A DNA stretch of 63,638 nucleotides, counting the filler, from Reticulomyxa filosa (Eukaryota > Protista > Foraminifera), in NCBI GenBank assembly GCA_000512085.1. It is 19 parts of 19 records of this genome, joined end to end, with 100 filler letters (N's around TTAATTAATTAA, not from the genome) between each part and the next. Parts side by side here need not be neighbours in the genome. Positions count along the whole stretch, not along the records: positions 51,251 to 52,762 come from ASPP01038472.1; positions 52,863 to 55,562 come from ASPP01002160.1; positions 55,663 to 59,325 come from ASPP01027893.1; positions 59,426 to 60,472 come from ASPP01006485.1; positions 60,573 to 63,638 come from ASPP01027809.1; 14 more parts are not named here. The stretch is one strand, 5' to 3'. This document shows positions 51,860 through 63,638 of this stretch, piece by piece. The position numbers and the translations under genes are program-made. The notes under the pieces were generated by a model, which saw only the letters and a program-made list of their open reading frames with translations, was not told the DNA's origin and searched no databases. Each line of letters opens with the position of its first letter. The first letter of the stretch is position 1.

Positions 51860-52762
51860 CTAATGTGGTTTTGTGCTTGTGGGTCTCTGAGCAAAGTCTC
51901 TACCAACAGTTCCCAACAGAATCAAGCGATCTCCTGATTGACAAACAGGGTCGACATTTCTGCCGATGACAACACCATCTTCTTCAGCTACATAACGATG
52001 CACTAAATCACCAAAAATATTTCGAACAATTGCAATGACTTCGCCTTTCTTAACCCATTGATTGACAGTGGGCTTCACTTGTAAAGTGCATCCATGTTCA
52101 GCATAATACCAATGAGATTTCACACAAATTGTGGGAAACATTTCCGGTGTTTCAACTGATTCATGAAGCATACCCAAATAAGATAAGACGTTCTCAACTC
52201 TTTACAAGATATAATAGTGAATATATGTATTATGTATACATGCTTATCACAAAAATAAAGGTGTGTGTGTTTGTAGAGTCTAATGAAGCGTTACCCTTGC
52301 AATGCATGCATAATGTAAGTTTTTTGGAAGGAGGACGGATTTCCAATTTCAACAGTAATAGCAGGTTTTCCTAAACTCATAGCAGCTTCTCTCAGACTGC
52401 CATCGGATCCAGTGTTGTGAACAATAATTTGAGGTGCCTGTAACAAAGCCATTTGTTTGCACACAGAGTGAGTCATATCGGTACGAACGTACAAGCTATT
52501 TTGTCGTCCGTGTGACGCAGTGTGCAAATCAATCAAATGAGTGGTTTTTGCGTACAAATCGTTCCGTGAAATACCACGCATATTGATTTCCGCGATAGCC
52601 ATTTTTTTGACCAGGGAAACAACGATTTAAATCTTGTCCACTGCTAAAGTTGCGTGAACGGGCAATAAACCCAGGAGGATTGGCCACTGGAACCGCGACA
52701 ATAACTCCACTCAATTCTTCAACATTTATGGCACGAACTAATTGATGAATTACACTGACACC
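51860..52762 (-). CDS. succinylglutamate desuccinylase/aspartoacylase (M14-like) family protein, 5'-partial
   Basis: VPVANPPG..R, DLNRCFPG, IDLHTAS, ITVEIG and a biotinyl-like C-terminus. One intron at about 52205-52294 and one frameshift in an A-run near 52546. Confidence 0.88.
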
Positions 52763-52862
52763 NNNNNNNNNNNNNNNNNNNNNNNNNNNNNNNNNNNNNN
52801 NNNNNNTTAATTAATTAANNNNNNNNNNNNNNNNNNNNNNNNNNNNNNNNNNNNNNNNNNNN

Positions 52863-52897
<35 letters not shown>

Positions 52898-53036
52898 CGG
52901 GTCTAGGACCTTTTTTGTTATTACTATTAATGCTAGAACTTAACTAAGAGCAGACAAAACACCCAAAAATAAGACGCGGTTCGAAAGTACCAGAAAAGCC
53001 AGTATAATCCCATATTACCGTTTGACATCTGACACA

Positions 53037-53360
53037 TTATCCCAAAAAGCGAAGCGCACATTTGTGTGATAATGTCCAATACACTACTTTCATCACGCAG
53101 CTACTATTCCACACTCTTGTTAGTTTGTCAAAACTGTGGTATCCTCCAATTAGAAATGGAACCCCAAACAGCCATGCTACCAGTCCATAGATTATGGTCA
53201 GTATCTCACTCAGTGAATAGGACCTATTTTCCTCACTGTTTATATCCAAGTTTTGAGCGTTACCAACCGCCAAACTCAGTGCAACGACGACCGTGGGCAA
53301 AATTATGCACATTCCAACAAAAATGCCCAAAGTGATCCAAGGGGCTCCTTTCTGTTTCAT
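53037..53360 (-). CDS. hypothetical membrane protein, probably the first exon
   Basis: 107-aa ORF with two hydrophobic helices. Confidence 0.4.
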   Translation of the reverse strand: MKQKGAPWITLGIFVGMCIILPTVVVALSLAVGNAQNLDINSEENRSYSLSEILTIIYGLVAWLFGVPFLIGGYHSFDKLTRVWNSSCVMKVVYWTLSHKCALRFLG

Positions 53361-53672
53361 AATGCCTAGAACAGATCTTAATATAAAATTTTCTTAAAAA
53401 CAACCCAGCCGGGGGAGTGGTTTATCAACTTGCGAACCTTTGACGAAAAGGTGTATAGACGTTAGAAAGTTCAATTGTTGTAGCGACAAAGAATATCAAG
53501 TATTCATCTGTAAGGTTTTTCGATTGACAAACTTCTGGCTTGTTGTGCGACTGAGTTTAATTGTAGAAAAGTTGTATGAATATGGTTTATTATCTTTCTA
53601 ATAAAAAATTTGTCGCCGAATTTACTGTTTTTTTTTCCCTTATAACAGCAAAGCTTTTCTTTTTATTTTTGT

Positions 53673-54661
53673 TTAGGCAAACTTATTTCTCAAATCGACA
53701 CCACTTAAAAGACTATCATGCGAAGCGTATTGTTGGTTGGAAATATTGTCTGTGTGCGTGACTGTTTTCCAGCCATCATGAGGTGGTCTTTTGTTGTTTG
53801 CAGTTTGTTTTGTCTTTTGTTGCTCAAGTTGTTTTTCTCTTTTTTTCTGCTGTTGTGCTTTTTTGTGTGCGGCGTTGGCTTTCTTCGATGCATATGCAAT
53901 AGCGGAATCATTTTCATTAGCCTTTCGACCTCCAAATTTGTTGATGGCTGTCAAGGCACTATTTCTTAATTCTTGGTCCTATTTTGTTTGAAAAAGAATT
54001 GTGAATAGAGGAATGTTAAATTTTCAAAGAGATATATAAAATAAGATTTTTTTTTAACTGTGAACAAAAGGAAAATTTGGTTGTCATTATTTCTCCATAC
54101 AGTGTAATCACCAGCCCAAGCTCGCAGACGATCAGTCAAAGTTGCTGACGTCAGTTGAGTACTGTCATCGACAACAATCATGCGCTCCGGTGGACAAGAT
54201 TCGAGAATATCAAACCTCTCTTTTCCGATTTGGTATTCATTGATAGCATCACTCAACAAAACTTTTGGAATAGCGGAGCGATCCTTTGTTTTCGTGACAA
54301 TAACGTGGACATAATTGGAGTTTTTGTCCTCTCGACCCTGATCAGTTTCGCCGCGAAGGTTGTAGTGTGGCAGCATGGTAAGGATAATGGCCCTTTCGTC
54401 TCGTGAGAGTTTGGGTAAGTAAATGCTAGTGGAATCCAGTACATCACAGTCGGAATGCAACGACGCAAACGCCTTCATTCCCTCCGTGTTGTCCTCCAAG
54501 AAACTGGCCAGAATTTTTTCCATGCGCAACACAAAATGGGGATGTCGCAGATGGCCTTTTGAAGAGGAAGATGTCGAGGGTTCATTTTCACTCATCTGGC
54601 GAAGACAACGATCAAGGAATTTAGTTGGATATGGAACACGATCTTTTTTGTATTGTATAAG

Positions 54662-54695
<34 letters not shown>

Positions 54696-55562
54696 ACATA
54701 TGTTTGCCATCATCAAATTAGAATCAATCAAACCATTCTTATCAACACACAAATAACATCAATTATACAATACAAAACTGGCACTCGCTTTTTCTTCTTC
54801 AGCTTGCTTAGGATTGGCCTTGATGTTGAATGCTTCTCGGAGTCGTTTGTTTCGTTCTGCAATTTTGCACACATCTCCGCAGGCAATGGCGCGAATATCG
54901 GCTGGCCTGCGTCCGCCACAGTATTGCGTGTCTTCGCGCCCTCCGCACACGCACATGATACGAACATGCTCTTGACACAAGGAAGCATTGCATGCTTTTG
55001 TCGGATGGCACTTTTGAGCGCATTTGTGACCGCACGGCAGCGGCAGGTCACATTTGCTACTGCAGCCTTCATTGGCCATTGTGTATGCCTCCAAGTCGTT
55101 GACACAGTTGTCCGAGTGGCATGAGCGTTGGCACGTGTGGACATTGCAAGGCAGCAATTGTTCGCACGTATTTCCACAAGACACTGTTTTTGTCCAACAG
55201 TGGATATTGTGCACTAATATGTTGTGCGTTTTACAAGTGATCGATAAATGTTCCGTGCATCTGTTGCAAGGACCTTATTTGCATACCCACTCCCCCCCAC
55301 TATATATTCAATGCTTTGAATTAGTTTTTAATTTTTGATAAATTTAAAAAAAAACATACCAAAGTGACAATATTCACTGCATCGATTGCCACATTCCAAC
55401 ACTTTGTTCCAAATATTTTTGCACTGATGCAGCGCCACGGTTCCACAAAGGATCAGGCCGTGAATGCGTGATTGCCTCAAGCACATGATAAACCATCTCG
55501 GAGGGTAAATCCACACGGCTGGCAAGGCCCGCTGTGATAAAGACTAGACGGCCGCATTGCAA
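53673..55562 (-). CDS. NF-X1-type zinc-finger protein with an R3H-like domain, 5'-partial, multi-exon
   Basis: Repeated C..LPC..H.C...CH motifs (CEQLLPCNVHTCQRSCH, CDLPLPCGHKCAQKCH), ERNKRLREAF, and R3H-like LPKLSRDERAII. Confidence 0.85.
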
Positions 55563-56799
55563 NNNNNNNNNNNNNNNNNNNNNNNNNNNNNNNNNNNNNN
55601 NNNNNNTTAATTAATTAANNNNNNNNNNNNNNNNNNNNNNNNNNNNNNNNNNNNNNNNNNNNATTTCCTATTTCTTCACAAACACAACAACATTATTGAT
55701 AAAAGTGTATATAAATATACATATAAACATACTTTTTTTACTCCTTTCGGAGACGGAGTGGATTTCAACCCCGATTTTTTTTTCATTTTTTATTTTTTTT
55801 TTGTGGAGATTGGGAACATGTACTCGAACAATCTTTGCCACGGGGAAACATATAGTACAAAGCACACGCTTAAATGTATCTAAAAAAAAAGATAATATGA
55901 CAAACCTATTGCTATCCTTTTGGAGACTGGAGTGGTTTCTACCATTTTTTTTTTTTTTTAGCAATATTTGATTGCCTATTTTTAAATAAACAAACACAAT
56001 ATATATATTAAGTTAGACAAAAACAAAAGAAGAGACTTACATTATGTGACATCGATTTTTGCAATGCAGCGCCAACAGTAATTGCCATTTATTCTATGAT
56101 CACTCCAAGTCAACAATTTGGCCACATTCTCCTAAATATTTTTATATACAAATCAAAAAAAAAAATTTGATATTATTGTAACAACAAAAGAAACAAACAA
56201 AATTAACTTTGGTATGTTACATGACAACGTCGACGCTTGGATATCAAATTGGAAACATTTGCATTTATAATATAGCATTCACTGAATGTTGTTATCACGA
56301 TAAATTTGAGACAATGTTTGAAGGATTAGTTGCAATATTTAGAAGAGTAGTTACAATGATTATAGCAGTTGTAGCGATGTGTTGATATAATGGCGCTTGC
56401 AATATAAATCAGTTTTTGCAAATGTGTACAAAGATTGCATTACATGTGTAAGTTCAATTGAAGGCCAGGCCTTTGCTGAAGTAAAGCTTCTTGGACAAAG
56501 ATGATAGGCATCACGTCTGACTTGTTTGCCTGATGCGTTATGCCCACTCAATCCATTTGCGCCAATAGCGCTTCAATCAGTTCAAAGGCATAAGCCTAGC
56601 AATTGGGTGATGACAGATGACTTTAATCGCACTTTATACCAGCGGTAGGTCAATGTATTAAAGTCAGTGTCGTTGCCCACGTACACTTACAAATGATCGC
56701 ATCTTCGCAATAATTTTTTTGTGCTGTCATTTGGTATATCCAATTTTTGTTTGTTTGTTTTTATATTTTTTTAAAAAAAAAAGAAAAAAAACTTAACAT

Positions 56800-57620
56800 T
56801 GCAGAATTGTCGGCGAAGTTGTGGGTGCACCAATTTGAAATTGCATTGGACATTGAGACTGTGGAAAAACAAATTGCCATCGCATTTAGTTATGTATACG
56901 AGCCGACGTTGCAAAGAGAATAGTTAATTGCAAATAACACATTCAATCATAATCGATTCTGATTGTTGGCACAACACGTATTTTTTATTTGACGGCGTTC
57001 TTGTCACCACTTCAAATTCTCTATCTGCAAATACCATGCTGTTTTGTTTTATTTTAATTTTTTAAAAATCAAATCTATTATATACGTAACCCTTTCTCCC
57101 CATTACTATCTCTGATATAAATAACCAATCTTTTTTTCATGAACATATTTTTTTTTTTATTTGATCTTTCTACCACTATTATTTACCTGTGTGACAATGA
57201 TTTAAATATCAATTTGCAAAAAGTCGCCGAGATAATCAAAGTTAATTGTGGCATATTCATGTACGGTATTTTAATGCATAAATTCTTCTTGGATATTTTT
57301 GTATTAATCAGCAGCTTGCTTGTTGGACAACGTACACTTTCGTTTTCTAATACCATCGACCGCTTGTTGAAAATGTGCAAATTTGATAAGATTATCAATG
57401 TGTAGATTTGTGCACAGTACAAACATTTCCACGTCTTCGATGCCTGCACGTTGTTGAGATAGTAATTATTCCATAATGTTGCAAACATGTTGTGACAATT
57501 CGAGTGTGTTTGTCTGTTCGTTACGTCCTTGATTGGATTGAATATCACATTAGTTATACTTGATAACACTAAGAATGTATTTAATACATGCAAGGCCATC
57601 AACACCAACGTCACTTTCAT
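56800..57620 (-). pseudogene. decayed Cys-rich gene, possibly RING/IBR (Ariadne-like)
   Basis: Fragments CHNMFATLWNNYYL and VRCPTS with interrupting stops. Weak. Confidence 0.25.
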
Positions 57621-59000
57621 GCTGTCACGAAATAAGCAAAGTTCTTCACCTAATCTTTTCTCTTACGTTTGTCCCCTCTTCACTAGTACCGGACATAATC
57701 AAACGAAATGACATCAAATGAGCAATAAAGCCATTTTAAGATGAAAACAAAAAAAATTTGTGACAAACGATTTGAAGAAATGCCGAATCAATTAGGAAAA
57801 TGAAATTTGTTGTCTTTGTTTCATGTACATTTGAAAAAAAGTTAGTGTTTTCCTCATTTCCAATTTCTTTTCAAATTAGTCACAACTTGCTCGTATAAAA
57901 GGCTAGCAGACAAAAAAAATAATCTCCAAAAAAGATTAATAAAAAAAATAAGATCACAGCGATTTTAAACAAAATCAAGAACAAGTGTTTCGTAGCCGTT
58001 GAACATGTGAAAAATACTCCATATTTCATACTTCTAAGCACTTGTAAATGCGTTTGTCGATTTAATCGACGAAGTGAGTGCAAGGTGCAGCTGAGCCACA
58101 ATGAGTGGATCGAAGATGTTGAATCCATATGTGCGCAGCTAGGAAATGAAGGGTTGTTTGCCAAACGAATCGACCCACTCGAGTATACTCACGTCTCAGT
58201 CCGCTCTGTATGTTAAAAAAAAATTTGTGCATACATCGAGTTGTTTGTTAAGTGACAATATTATGTATGCATTAAAGAGGAAGTTATTTCAAGGATGGAA
58301 TTGACACAAACTCTTCAACAATGGGCATGGTGTGTATGCATGCCATGGAGTCACTGACATTCATTTCCGTTATAATGCCAAATTGTTTCAGCTCGTGGTA
58401 ATGTCTGAGTATTGATAATCAATGATTTGGAATGAAAGAGGTATTAGATGTTTCCGTTGTCAAATGCATATCCAGTCGCGCGAGAAGATTCAACGTTCAT
58501 AAATTGACAGAGTATAGATAATGTTCGTAAAACGACAGTACTTGTATCCATGTATTTATATGAATAGAAAGTATTCAATGACCTAGTTTTTTTTTACTTT
58601 TAGTACGCATTGAAATTTAGCACTTATTTAAACTGAATTCATCATATTGTTTTGTTTAATATGGCTTGTCTTTGCATGGTGAACCATATTTGAAAAAAAT
58701 GTATTTTTATGAGCATTCATTATACTTTGGTTGCTATTCTTTTCTTCATTAAGATATTATTGTAATTAGTTTTATTAAATACAAAATTTTTGCATTCTTG
58801 ATTACGAAACCATTCATAAACGACACCATCCAAACGAGTTCTATATCCAATACTGTGGCTTCTCTTAAATTCAAGCACTTTTTATTTAGAAGAAGAGGCT
58901 TTCAACAAAAAAAACTCTACAAGCTTAAACAAAAACTCTTACAAACTTTATATAGGCCCCTTCATCAAAAGTTTTTAACGTTTCCGAGGAAAAAGTTACC

Positions 59001-59325
59001 ATGAGCGATCAAAGAAGAGCAGAAGAGGAACTTCCACAAACTTCAAGTATTAACGAAGAAAAATATGACAATGGCAAAGCACAAAGTGAAAACGAACAAT
59101 TAAATTCAATCAAACATATGAATATATTTGAAATGGAAATGGATTATTTATCTCAAATTGCATGGGAAGGATTGAAATGTGGACAGGCAATCATTTCTTG
59201 TGAGATCCAACAAAAAGTATTACATATGATAAAATATAAATATCCACGTAAAGATATTTCAGTAATATCTCAATGGTCTCGAATCAGTTCATTTGGATTT
59301 GTTCAAGGACAAGAATCAACATCAA
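59001..59325 (+). CDS. hypothetical protein N-terminus, partial
   Basis: ATG-initiated frame open to the contig end; no recognised motif. Confidence 0.4.
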
Positions 59326-61433
59326 NNNNNNNNNNNNNNNNNNNNNNNNNNNNNNNNNNNNNNNNNNNNTTAATTAATTAANNNNNNNNNNNNNNNNNNN
59401 NNNNNNNNNNNNNNNNNNNNNNNNNCTCGATTGTTGTTGTCATCAACATTGATGCAACGAACAACAATACCTTCCTTTCTATGACAACAGATTCATCATC
59501 ATCAGAACGTGCTTTTGTATATGGATCAATATTTCAAATCGAATTCGAGAAGATACATGTCATAGGTTATTTTTTAACAAATGTATATATGTATATATGT
59601 ATTATGTATATATGTATTATGTATATATAATTTTGTTTGTTTGTTTTGTGAAAGAGATAGCTGTGAGTGCGTTGACAAATATCATTTTGTATTATCATAA
59701 TCTTTTTCATCTTAGATGAAACATTTACTTAAAATTTGTCAATAAGATATTTTATCATGATAGCGTTTTCGATATTTGAATCTATTTTTAGATGGCTTAT
59801 ATATTGTACAATAAAAAGTGACAGCTATTGATTGACTTATGTTGATAATTTGATTCCACTGGAATAATAGTAAATGATATTTGTTTCATGTTGAAGCAAA
59901 TTCGTAGCTAAAATTGCACTAATTGAATACAAAATAAACACTCAACATTTCCTATAGTTACTGTAAAGTCAATTTCAGTTTTATGTAAACGTGACTGTTG
60001 TGTTTACATTGTTTTTCTCTCAATTGGTACCATTCAACTTTGAAAAAAGCCAAAGGAATTAATTACGACAGAAATTTCATCAAACATATGGAAAACTATA
60101 TTTCTTGAATGTCCATTTCAGTCAATTCCAATCTTTTCTTTTGTGGCAATTGTGTATTTTACTATTTTTTGATCACAAATTTGAAAAATCGATTTTTGAC
60201 ATAAGTTTCTTAACAAGACTAATACATTTTCAAATGCAAATGTTATTAATTTTATTATAAAAAGTGTATTGCATGTGATGATGTTTGAGAGTATAATTAA
60301 ATTTAAAAATTGTGATTATAATGCGAAAATACGCCCAATTATTGCCCAAGTCAAGGGCATCTTACTTATATAATTTTTTTTTTTTTTTGAAAAAATCATA
60401 ATTTTTGGCCACAGAAAAATATTAATCACATGCCCTATTTATGTAGCATGAATCACACTTCTTTTTTTTTTTNNNNNNNNNNNNNNNNNNNNNNNNNNNN
60501 NNNNNNNNNNNNNNNNTTAATTAATTAANNNNNNNNNNNNNNNNNNNNNNNNNNNNNNNNNNNNNNNNNNNNCAATGTCATATTTAAAAACTACAAGACT
60601 TGTAGATATTTTTTTTAAAAAAATTAGCTTTAAATGTTTGTTTTTCATTAAGAAAATCTATCATCTTCATAAGGTGGCATTTTAGGTGTTCAGTTTTTTT
60701 TGCAACATACTGTATATTTTAACAAAAGTGTATTAATTTTAGAAAGAGACAGGCTAAACATAAAATAATTGCAATTGTTTTGTTCAGAACGACAACGATT
60801 GTTCTTGATTATGTACAAAATCTTCAATACTATTTCAATCACTAAATAAAATGAGTTAGCCATACGTATTATTTATTAATGAAGCGTAATATTCCTTAAA
60901 AACGGATTTTGCATAGAAAATTTCTTTAAACTCACTATCTCTTCCTTCTTCCAAATTAACTTTGAATTATGAAAAATTTTTTAAAAAAATTAAGCTGAAA
61001 GAAAGTGAGATATTTCCATTTGATTAAACAGTTGTGTCTTGAAGAAAATGTACATATTAGGTGAATATGATTTTTCAATCATAATATACGGCAAGGCATT
61101 ACAAAAAGTTCTTATTTTAATAATTGTTTTTTATTCTTTTTTGCTTGTAATATCTCTATTCTAACCCTAAATTTCAAACAAATCAATCACATTTCTTAAT
61201 TTTTAATGATTTTTTTCCCTTTTTAAAAAATCTAAACATTGTTGCCTCGTTTCAACTTCAAGACAAGCGAACACAAGACAATAATCAAAGTTGTCAAAGT
61301 CCATCGTTTCAACTGGAAGGAAACTAGTATTTTCGTTCAAATTTTTTGATAAATGTTACAAATTTTGGAACAATTTTTTAAACAACTTTGTTTTTGGTAT
61401 AGCCTTAACAAAAAATTGAAGTATATAATTAGT

Positions 61434-62886
61434 TTAAAAAAAGTCACCACTATCTTCAACGTCACTTTTACTATGACTAGGGCCTTCATCCGAAGGTTGT
61501 TCTGACAAAACATCCATATAATCTTTTTCTAAAAAAGCTAAATCTTCACGAGCTTCCATAAATTCTCCCACTTCCATTTCTTCACTGAAATACCAATGAA
61601 GAAAAGCTTGTTGAGAAAACATAACATCAAACTTTTGCACAATTCTTTTGGCAAACATTCTGGAAATACCAGTATTATTTCCAATCATAACAGCATTTTT
61701 TGTAAAAGCAGAAATGTCATCCTGCTCTAAAATAGCAGCACGAGTAGAATTCACTCCGATTCTAAGACCAGTCGGACACCATTCAATTAAAAACATTTTT
61801 CGAGTCGACTTGATCCAGTTAGTAATAGCATTTACTTCACCCATTCGAAAATCTCCACAAAAATCAAGAGAAGCAGCCATATATTTATCTTCTTCAGGAT
61901 TGAATTTAGTATATTCAACAAACCAATTCGCAGGATTAAAACATTCAGCTACAACTTTATCAGCACTAGTAAAAACAGTTGTTGTATCTGTTTTTGATAC
62001 AATTGGACTCATTCCTGCTGTCAGAAAATGTAATCGTGGAAAAGGGACTAAATACTGTGCATATTCACTTGTATCTTTATATAATTCTCCATCAAATCGA
62101 ATCGACGAAGTCATCACAGATACTACTTTAGCAATTAAATAGTTTAAATGACTTACATCAGGTTTTGGAATATGTAATTTGCTCTGACAAAGATTATATA
62201 TAGCTTGATTATCCAATACCAGTGATACATTCGTATTATCTATTATCCAATGGGTTGCCAACAATGCATTATAAGGTTCAATCACATAAGTTGACAATTG
62301 TGATGACGGATATATTTCAAATCCTATTATTGATTTTTTTCTATAATCTACTGCAAGTCGTTCCAAAATCAACGAACCTAACCCTGAACCCGTTCCTCCT
62401 CCAACACTGTGAAATACTGCAAATCCCATTGTATTATCACAGCTATCTATTAACCCTCGAAAACGATCATTCACTTTATCAATTATTTGTTTTCCAATCG
62501 TATGAAAACCTCGTGCAAAATTATTTGCATCTTCTTTTCCAGATACAAGCAATGAAGGAAAAAATAATGCCTTAAATGGCCCGGTTTTCATCTCGTCAAT
62601 TAGATCAGGTTCTAAATCCACCTTTAACAATACCACGTGCACATATATTATATTAATAATTTTTTTTCATACTCCTTAAACAACCCGATTTCCTAACTGC
62701 TATATTTCTTGCCTGAAATCTACGATCACTAGTTTCCTCAAAAAATACTTTGCGTGTATAAATAGCATCCTTTGAATTCAAATTTCCTGTTTTATCGATG
62801 CCATATTCTGCACAGTATTGTTCCCACACTACGTTCCCAAGCTGAATACCTCCTTGTCCAATTTCCACTGTTATTATTTCTCTCAT
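61434..62886 (-). CDS. divergent alpha-tubulin, one intron (62622-62697)
   Basis: MREII, VDLEP, GKEDANNFARG, GGGTGSG, EPYN, LVPFPRLHF, WCPTG and GEFMEAREDLAFLEKDY. Confidence 0.93.
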
Positions 62887-63638
62887 TTTTCCAAAGAAAA
62901 GAAAACACGCAAATTGGCCAATGACAAGTCAAAGAGAAAAATAAGAAGTAATGCTAATATTCAGTAGATTTTCTTATGAATTTGACTTCAAAATCAAACT
63001 ACAAGGGAGTAACCAAGTTTAAGTACACTAAAAATGGCAAAAGATACACAAACTGTTATTTGATCACTTAGTTTGGATCATCTAGTGAGTTTATTTTTGT
63101 TCAATAGTTATTGATCCACAGCGATATGAAAAATCTCTTTTGTGTTGTTTATCGCCGGTCGTCTGAAAATATTGCGTATAAGTATATTTCGCAAGTTTGT
63201 CATTATCACATATAATTACCCACGTAACACAGCAGATTATAGCTTTTGAAATTTTTCAAAGTCCGAAAAAATACTTCAATTATTCAATATAACTACAACA
63301 AAAAGATTAGAAAAAGATTGATGAAACAAAATACCAGTAAAGAACAATTGGTTGTTCAAAAAAAGACAAAAACATCGAAGTAAAAATATGCTGTTCAGTC
63401 ATAAAAAAATTGCAGAAGCAATAACTTATAAAACCATTTTTGCTTGTTTGGTGCACTCAAAAAAGGAGAAAAAAACATATACCATGCATATCAAGATCTT
63501 TACTCCTAAAAATTCAATAGAACATAATAACAAAAACACAAAAAAAGTAACACATCTTCACAAGTCAAGTTCAAGTGAAATTCGGTCTCGAAACTTCGAA
63601 TTTCAAAGAAAAACAAAAAAAACATTGTAAAAAAAAAA

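Noticed and set aside
3667-60572. Recurrent TTAATTAATTAA motif as a biological repeat or array
   Set aside because: It is always centred in 88 Ns, so it is an artificial linker. Gene neighbourhoods across it are meaningless, and ORFs containing X runs are artefacts.
1-63638. rRNA, tRNA or CRISPR arrays
   Set aside because: None was recognisable by eye; a covariance-model scan would be needed to exclude short RNAs.

Overview
The window is not one locus. It is 19 unplaced contigs joined by 18 identical artificial 100-nt spacers (44 N + TTAATTAATTAA + 44 N). Eighteen contigs are AT-rich eukaryotic DNA, mostly with introns and poly-A/T or (TA)n tracts. Their expanded WD40/Kelch families and divergent alpha-tubulin resemble a foraminiferan such as Reticulomyxa (inference). 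Recognisable genes: GH29 fucosidase, dual-specificity phosphatase, G-alpha, PARP-domain ART, RPA1, NASP-like chaperone, RRP15, YeeE/YedE, TFIIF-alpha, VDAC, AstE/AspA-family hydrolase, NF-X1 and alpha-tubulin, plus a decayed LINE. One contig (3767-5309) is GC-rich bacterial DNA and holds the most interesting system. It carries an IS110-family recombinase gene inserted at a CT core into one arm of a palindromic repeat. The non-coding region upstream of the gene folds into two identically spaced internal loops. Their guide segments match the repeat target and the element's own right end, which makes this a readable bridge RNA with target, donor and handshake pairings visible in the sequence. Bridge RNAs are known as a class; I cannot tell from here whether this element and its specificity have been described.
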